Shown here in pieces: positions 59,426-64,000 of a DNA stretch of 64,000 nt. Every line of letters begins with the position of its first letter. The stretch's first letter is position 1. The notes under the pieces are model-generated. The model saw only the letters and a program-made list of their open reading frames with translations, did not search any database and was not told where the DNA came from. Both the position numbers and the translations under genes were made by a program. The stretch comes from Balnearium lithotrophicum. GTDB lineage: Bacteria; Aquificota; Aquificia; Desulfurobacteriales; Desulfurobacteriaceae. The DNA lies in contig NZ_FXTM01000005.1 in NCBI RefSeq assembly GCF_900182585.1, positions 32,049-96,048 of the forward strand, written 5' to 3'.

Positions 59426-60929
59426 CGACAAAACCTCCCCTCCTCGGGTCTCCTCCGCCCGAAAACTTGAAGTCAACGGACTGAACTCCTCCAAAGAAGA
59501 GGCTCTTCTCCTTGAAAAGTGTCGTTCTGTAATGCCTTCTAATTTCATCTATCGTACTCTCAGGAAATCCCGGCTCTACAAAGACCTCTCCATTTTCGTA
59601 GTGGAGCCTCGGGGCTGAGACGCTATCAGCCACGCCCATTTTAAAACATAGGTAGTTTAGAATGGTTTGAACTATTGCGCTCCTTATCCTGTTGCTACCG
59701 GCGCTTCCTAAGAGGAGGAGGGGTTTTCCATCCCTAAAAACTGCCGTTGGGGACATCATAGAAGGAAGCCTTACGTAGGGAGGCCACTTAAAGAAGCCCA
59801 AAGGATTTAAATCCTCCTCTCCCAACATGTTGTTTAGCATAACACCGGTTTTTGGAATTAAAACACCGGAACCCTCGCCGTTTGTCGTTGTAACTGAAAC
59901 ACCGTTACCCTCAGAGTCTAGAACGCATATGTGGGTTGTATTTCCCCAAAGATTTAATTTGTTCTTAAAAAGGTTGTGGTAGGAGTCTATAATTTCATCC
60001 CTGTTTAGTATCCCTTCAAATCCCTCCTCGTGAAGATGCCCGTTGACAAAGTCCTTTCTAAACTTCTGAGTTGTTCTCATGGACTCAATGAGAGCTCCAG
60101 CGTGGAGAACTGAACCCCATTCGTCAAATTCAACCCTTGAGAGAAGTTTAAGTGTAAATCCTATAAGAATCCCGCCGGAGGATGGAGGGGGATTTGTAAA
60201 GACCTCGTAGTCCTTGAAATTTACCTTAATGGGTTTTCTCTCAACTACCTTGTACCTCTCAAGGTCCTCCTTCCTAAGTATTCCTCCCCTCTCCCTCATA
60301 ATTCTATCTATCTCATCGGCAATCTCCCCCTCGTAAAAAGCCCACTGACCTTCCTCAGAAAGGAGCTCCAAAAAATCGGCATAGTCGGGATTTTTAAATT
60401 CCCTTTCACTGTCTATGAGTTTTCCGTCGGGAGCGTAGAGCTCCCTTGACTCGGGAGTTGCAGTAAATATCGGTTCAAGGAGCTTAATGAAAGAAGCCTG
60501 GAGTTTTGAAAGCTTTACTCCCCTCTTTGCATACTCAACAGCAACGGAGAGAACCTCCCTTAGAGGGAGCTTCCCCCTTTCTGTGTGAACCCTTAAGAGA
60601 CCTGCAACAAATCCGGGAACGGCAACTGAACCGGCTCCTATGTGGAAGGTCTGCTTGGTGTCTCCAAAGTCAACCTCAATGGGATAGAATTCAGGAGATT
60701 CAATCCTTTTTGGGGGAACGTCCACAAAAAAGTCGTAGAGGAGAGGTCGTTCAGAACCTGAAACGGCGAGGAGAAACCCTCCGCCACCTGCCGATGTCAG
60801 AGCAGGTTCAGTAATCGGTGCGGAAAAACAGGCTGCAACTGCAGCATCAAAGGCGTTACCTCCAGCCTTTAAGATTTCAGCTCCTGCCTCTGCTGTAAGT
60901 CTATCTCCGGCCGCAACTACTCCCTTCAA
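59415..60929 (-). CDS. ggt: Gamma-glutamyltranspeptidase
   Basis: Autoprocessing/nucleophile site TTHICVLD, GGGGFLL and a C-terminal GGGDPRRGG. Confidence 0.85.
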   Translation of the reverse strand: MKGVVAAGDRLTAEAGAEILKAGGNAFDAAVAACFSAPITEPALTSAGGGGFLLAVSGSERPLLYDFFVDVPPKRIESPEFYPIEVDFGDTKQTFHIGAGSVAVPGFVAGLLRVHTERGKLPLREVLSVAVEYAKRGVKLSKLQASFIKLLEPIFTATPESRELYAPDGKLIDSEREFKNPDYADFLELLSEEGQWAFYEGEIADEIDRIMRERGGILRKEDLERYKVVERKPIKVNFKDYEVFTNPPPSSGGILIGFTLKLLSRVEFDEWGSVLHAGALIESMRTTQKFRKDFVNGHLHEEGFEGILNRDEIIDSYHNLFKNKLNLWGNTTHICVLDSEGNGVSVTTTNGEGSGVLIPKTGVMLNNMLGEEDLNPLGFFKWPPYVRLPSMMSPTAVFRDGKPLLLLGSAGSNRIRSAIVQTILNYLCFKMGVADSVSAPRLHYENGEVFVEPGFPESTIDEIRRHYRTTLFKEKSLFFGGVQSVDFKFSGGGDPRRGGFVVRV

Positions 60930-62000
60930 CTACTCCTCCATTCTTACGAGGGACTTCTTTACAACAGATTTTAGGTCCTTCGTTCTTCTATACTCTTCTA
61001 TCTGGAGCTCCGCCTGAGTTGGAAGTGAGATTAAATCGACCAAAACTCTTGCACTCTCTCTCAGTCTCCCAAACCTCTTCCCGTACTCCTTAACAATCTC
61101 GTGGAGCTCCCTTCCAACCGTTGTGGTTCCTTCCCTCTTCACAAATTTTCCCTTTAAACCGTACCTTGCTGCATTCCACTTGTTTTGAACGTGTATCTGG
61201 TGAAAGTCAATCTGAACCTCCTTTATTAGGGAGAGTTCCCCAAGGATAACGGCTAAAGTTGCAAGCCCCTCAATTCTCCTAAAGCTTGAAACGGAATCGC
61301 AGACCCTGAGCTCAACGGTTCCAAAGTCAGGCCTTAACCTGACGTCCCACCAGACGTCCTTTAGCGATTCAATTAAACCTGCCTCCTTTAACCTCTCGTA
61401 GAGCTCCACAAACTCACCGTATTCTGAGAACTGCTGGGGTATTCCTGCCCTTGGAAGCTGTTCAAAGATTTTAGTCCTGTAGGAGAGAATTCCCGTATTT
61501 CTCCCTCTAAAGAAGGGAGATGAGGCAGAGAGTGCAAGGAAGAGGGGTAGGTACTTAACGTACAGGTTGTATGCATTTAGAGCTCTCTCTTCGTCAGGAA
61601 ATCCGACGTGGATGTGGAGGCCGTAAATCAGGAAGTTGCGAAGGACCTCCTGAAACTCCTCCAGGAGTTTCAAGTACCTATCGTTCTCCGTAACTCTAAT
61701 CCTTGAAGGGTCTGCAAAGGGATGGGTTCCCGAAGCTGAAAGGAAAAAGCTTTCATTATCTCCCATCTCCAAAACTTCCCTTACCGATTCTCGGAGCTCC
61801 TCAACGGCTTCCTCCGGTGATTCGTTTACTCCAGTTACAAACTCGACCATAGATTGAAGGAATTCCTTTTGAACGTTGGGATTTTTGATATTTTCAAAAA
61901 TGACCTTTGATTTGGGAGTTAATTCAAAGCTCTCCCTGTCAAGAATTTGGACCTCAAGTTCAATTCCGACCGTAAAGGGCTTAGACTTTTTAAACTTCAC
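60930..62000 (-). CDS. ybdK: Glutamate--cysteine ligase family 2 (YbdK-type carboxylate-amine ligase)
   Basis: 356-aa GCS2-fold protein with conserved N-terminal GIELEVQ and GLHIHVG motifs. Confidence 0.75.
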   Translation of the reverse strand: MKFKKSKPFTVGIELEVQILDRESFELTPKSKVIFENIKNPNVQKEFLQSMVEFVTGVNESPEEAVEELRESVREVLEMGDNESFFLSASGTHPFADPSRIRVTENDRYLKLLEEFQEVLRNFLIYGLHIHVGFPDEERALNAYNLYVKYLPLFLALSASSPFFRGRNTGILSYRTKIFEQLPRAGIPQQFSEYGEFVELYERLKEAGLIESLKDVWWDVRLRPDFGTVELRVCDSVSSFRRIEGLATLAVILGELSLIKEVQIDFHQIHVQNKWNAARYGLKGKFVKREGTTTVGRELHEIVKEYGKRFGRLRESARVLVDLISLPTQAELQIEEYRRTKDLKSVVKKSLVRMEE

Positions 62001-62015
62001 AACTTCCTCAAAAGT

Positions 62016-63158
62016 TTAAATCTTAAAGATATCTTCCAAAATGTCCTCTTCAACCTCGTGGGGGAGCCTGTGGGAGATAACCGATGAGATTAGGGATGTA
62101 GCAACAATTATTAGAAGAAGGGAAACGTAGGTTTCCTCATCTATAAGTCCACTCTTTAGACCGAAGAGGGAGGCAACAATTCCAAAGGTCAGCCTCATGT
62201 TGAAAAATAGTCCTGCAAGCTTATACACCGTTCCCCTGAAGAGGTTTGCTGTGGCATAAACTGTTCCAACGTACTTTGTAATAAAGGCAACAGAGCCCAA
62301 AAACAGGGAGAGAAAAATTACCTTCAGATTGATGACCGATAATTTTACAGAGTAACCGGCCTTAAAGAAGAAGAAGGGAGCTAAAAATCCAAATATTATG
62401 GCCTTTATCTTCTTCTCTATTACGTGGTCCTTCCTAAAGAGCTCTGCAAAGAAAATTCCCGTTGTAAACGCCAAAACTGCTTCATTGATGTGGACGGTTT
62501 CAGATAGGAAACCCAGAGAAACCAAAACTAATAGAATGAACCTCGTTTTAAACTCAATCTGGTTTCCCTCGTACCTCTTAAAGAGCCTCTCTCCCCACTT
62601 AGGAAGCCTCAGGAGTAGGAGAATCAGGGCAATTGAAAAGAGTATATTGTAGATGTTTATCCCTTCAAAGAGGAAGCTCAGGGCCATCATACTTGATATA
62701 TCAACAACCATTGCGGCAGACAGTAAAACCTGACCTGTAGTGTGTTTTAAAAGTCCCTTCTCCTTAAGCAGAGGGTAAACAAGTGCCAGTGACGTCGTTG
62801 AGAGAGCAATCCCTATTAAGAGGGAAGCCTCGAAGGAATAATTTAAGATGTGATGGGAGACGTAGAAGATACTCACAAGGGGGAAGAAGAAAGAGGAGAA
62901 GCCTATGAATATGCTCTTGAAAAAGTTCCTCTTCATAAGTTCCGGGTCCGTTTCAAGGCCTGCAAAGAACATAAGTCCCAAAAGCCCTACGTTCGATAGG
63001 AAATCAATCCACCTAAGGTCTCCCAACTTAAGAAAGTTTGAGGCAAAAACTCCAGAGAGAATTTCAAAGATAGCCGACGAAAACCCGAGTTCTAAAGCAC
63101 CTATTCCTGCAGCTATTATTAGAAGGCTTACAATTAAACTTTCTGTGTGAAGTTTCAT
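62016..63158 (-). CDS. Cation:proton antiporter (CPA family Na+/H+ exchanger-like)
   Basis: 380 aa with 10-12 TM helices and a Na+/H+-exchanger-like hydrophobic pattern. Confidence 0.6.
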   Translation of the reverse strand: MKLHTESLIVSLLIIAAGIGALELGFSSAIFEILSGVFASNFLKLGDLRWIDFLSNVGLLGLMFFAGLETDPELMKRNFFKSIFIGFSSFFFPLVSIFYVSHHILNYSFEASLLIGIALSTTSLALVYPLLKEKGLLKHTTGQVLLSAAMVVDISSMMALSFLFEGINIYNILFSIALILLLLRLPKWGERLFKRYEGNQIEFKTRFILLVLVSLGFLSETVHINEAVLAFTTGIFFAELFRKDHVIEKKIKAIIFGFLAPFFFFKAGYSVKLSVINLKVIFLSLFLGSVAFITKYVGTVYATANLFRGTVYKLAGLFFNMRLTFGIVASLFGLKSGLIDEETYVSLLLIIVATSLISSVISHRLPHEVEEDILEDIFKI

Positions 63159-63186
63159 AAAAACCTCCGTAGAAAGGATACCAGAA

Positions 63187-63939
63187 ATGAGGAACGTTAA
63201 ACTAACATTGGAGTACTTGGGAACGAACTACTACGGATGGCAGATTATTCCGGGGAAACCGACTGTTCAGGGAAAACTTAAGGAAGCTCTCGAAAAAATA
63301 CTTCAACACGAGGTAAAGGTTACAGGAGCAAGCAGGACAGATGCGGGAGTCCACGCCTTGGGTCAGGTTGCAAACTTTAAAACAGTGAAGGAGATTGAAC
63401 TCTACAGGTTGCAGAGAGCTCTCAACGGCATACTTCCACCTGATATAAAGGTGATTGATGTTGAGGAAGTCCCTTCTAATTTTGATTCAAGGAGGTGGGC
63501 AAGGGGAAAGAGGTACAGGTACAGGATTTTTAACAGGGACGTTCCGAGTCCCTTTGAGTACAGAAGGAGCTGGTTCATTCCCTACGAATTGGACATAGAG
63601 GGTATGAGAGAAGCCTCAAGATTTTTGATTGGAGTTCACGACTTTTCTTCCTTCTGTAAAAAGGATAGGAAGAGGGAGGTAAATCCCTTAAGGGAGGTTA
63701 ATGAGATAGAGATTTTCAGAGATGGCAACACGATTGAACTTGTCTTTTACGGCCGTTCATTCTTAAGGCATATGGTTAGGGTAATGGTTGCTACACTCGT
63801 TGAGGTCGGAAGGGGAAAGTTAAAGCCGACCGAGGTAAAGGAAATTTTGGAGGAAAGGAACAGAGAGAGAGCTCCCTTCTTAGCACCTCCTGACGGCCTT
63901 TACCTTGAAAAGGTCTACTACGGGGACTATCCTTATTGA
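63187..63939 (+). CDS. truA: tRNA pseudouridine(38-40) synthase TruA
   Basis: Catalytic Asp region GASRTDAGVHALGQV and a 250-aa length. Confidence 0.9.
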   Translation: MRNVKLTLEYLGTNYYGWQIIPGKPTVQGKLKEALEKILQHEVKVTGASRTDAGVHALGQVANFKTVKEIELYRLQRALNGILPPDIKVIDVEEVPSNFDSRRWARGKRYRYRIFNRDVPSPFEYRRSWFIPYELDIEGMREASRFLIGVHDFSSFCKKDRKREVNPLREVNEIEIFRDGNTIELVFYGRSFLRHMVRVMVATLVEVGRGKLKPTEVKEILEERNRERAPFLAPPDGLYLEKVYYGDYPY

Positions 63940-63968
63940 AAACAATTTTCAATAAAAAGGGGTTAGGA

Positions 63969-64000
63969 ATGGCAAAGTTTGTTACTCTCGTAATCTTAGA
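63969..64000 (+). CDS. Start of an unidentified ORF (MAKFVTLVIL...) running off the window edge
   Basis: ATG at 63969 preceded by AAAGGGG. Only 10 codons are visible. Confidence 0.25.
   Translation, partial: MAKFVTLVIL

Overview
This looks like a dense, mostly housekeeping chromosomal segment from a thermophilic Aquificae-type bacterium. That call is inference from strong GAG/CTC/AAG codon preference, AT-rich intergenic DNA and gene content, and I could not verify it. Almost every base is coding, and I see no rRNA, tRNA, CRISPR array, transposase or integrase. From start to end the window holds: an lpxD-skp-bamA outer-membrane block; an orphan PAS histidine kinase; gap; a cvpA-nadC pair; pgsA through folD plus a small ferredoxin; an acyl-CoA synthetase and dapF; DNA-repair glycosylases; a molybdenum-cofactor cluster (moeA, mobB) converging on a Mo/W ABC transporter; two divergently arranged paralogous three-gene flavoprotein/FeS/CCG-domain fumarate reductase (or succinate dehydrogenase) operons sharing a 205-bp AT-rich control region; a seven-gene overlapping operon from cstA to an ABC-3 permease; purB, hemY, hemH and yjbQ; purT, msrA and a CN-hydrolase; a TetR-led operon encoding a 1066-aa double-ATPase activase fused to a dehydratase-like domain, with a palindromic operator; aspC, dksA, speH; a ComEC lacking the beta-lactamase domain; aspS; a bacterioferritin-like gene; trpF; two tandem type IV pilin genes behind a sigma54-like promoter with tandem palindromic upstream sites; clpX, tpiA, secG, a small PLD-family nuclease and glnD; then ggt, ybdK, a cation antiporter and truA. 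The candidates I rate highest for follow-up are the TetR/activase-fusion operon, the duplicated type-E fumarate reductase operons and their shared control region, the cstA-to-permease operon with its orphan phoU and unknown 156-aa protein, a truncated FAD-binding protein, and the sigma54/palindrome-controlled pilin pair.
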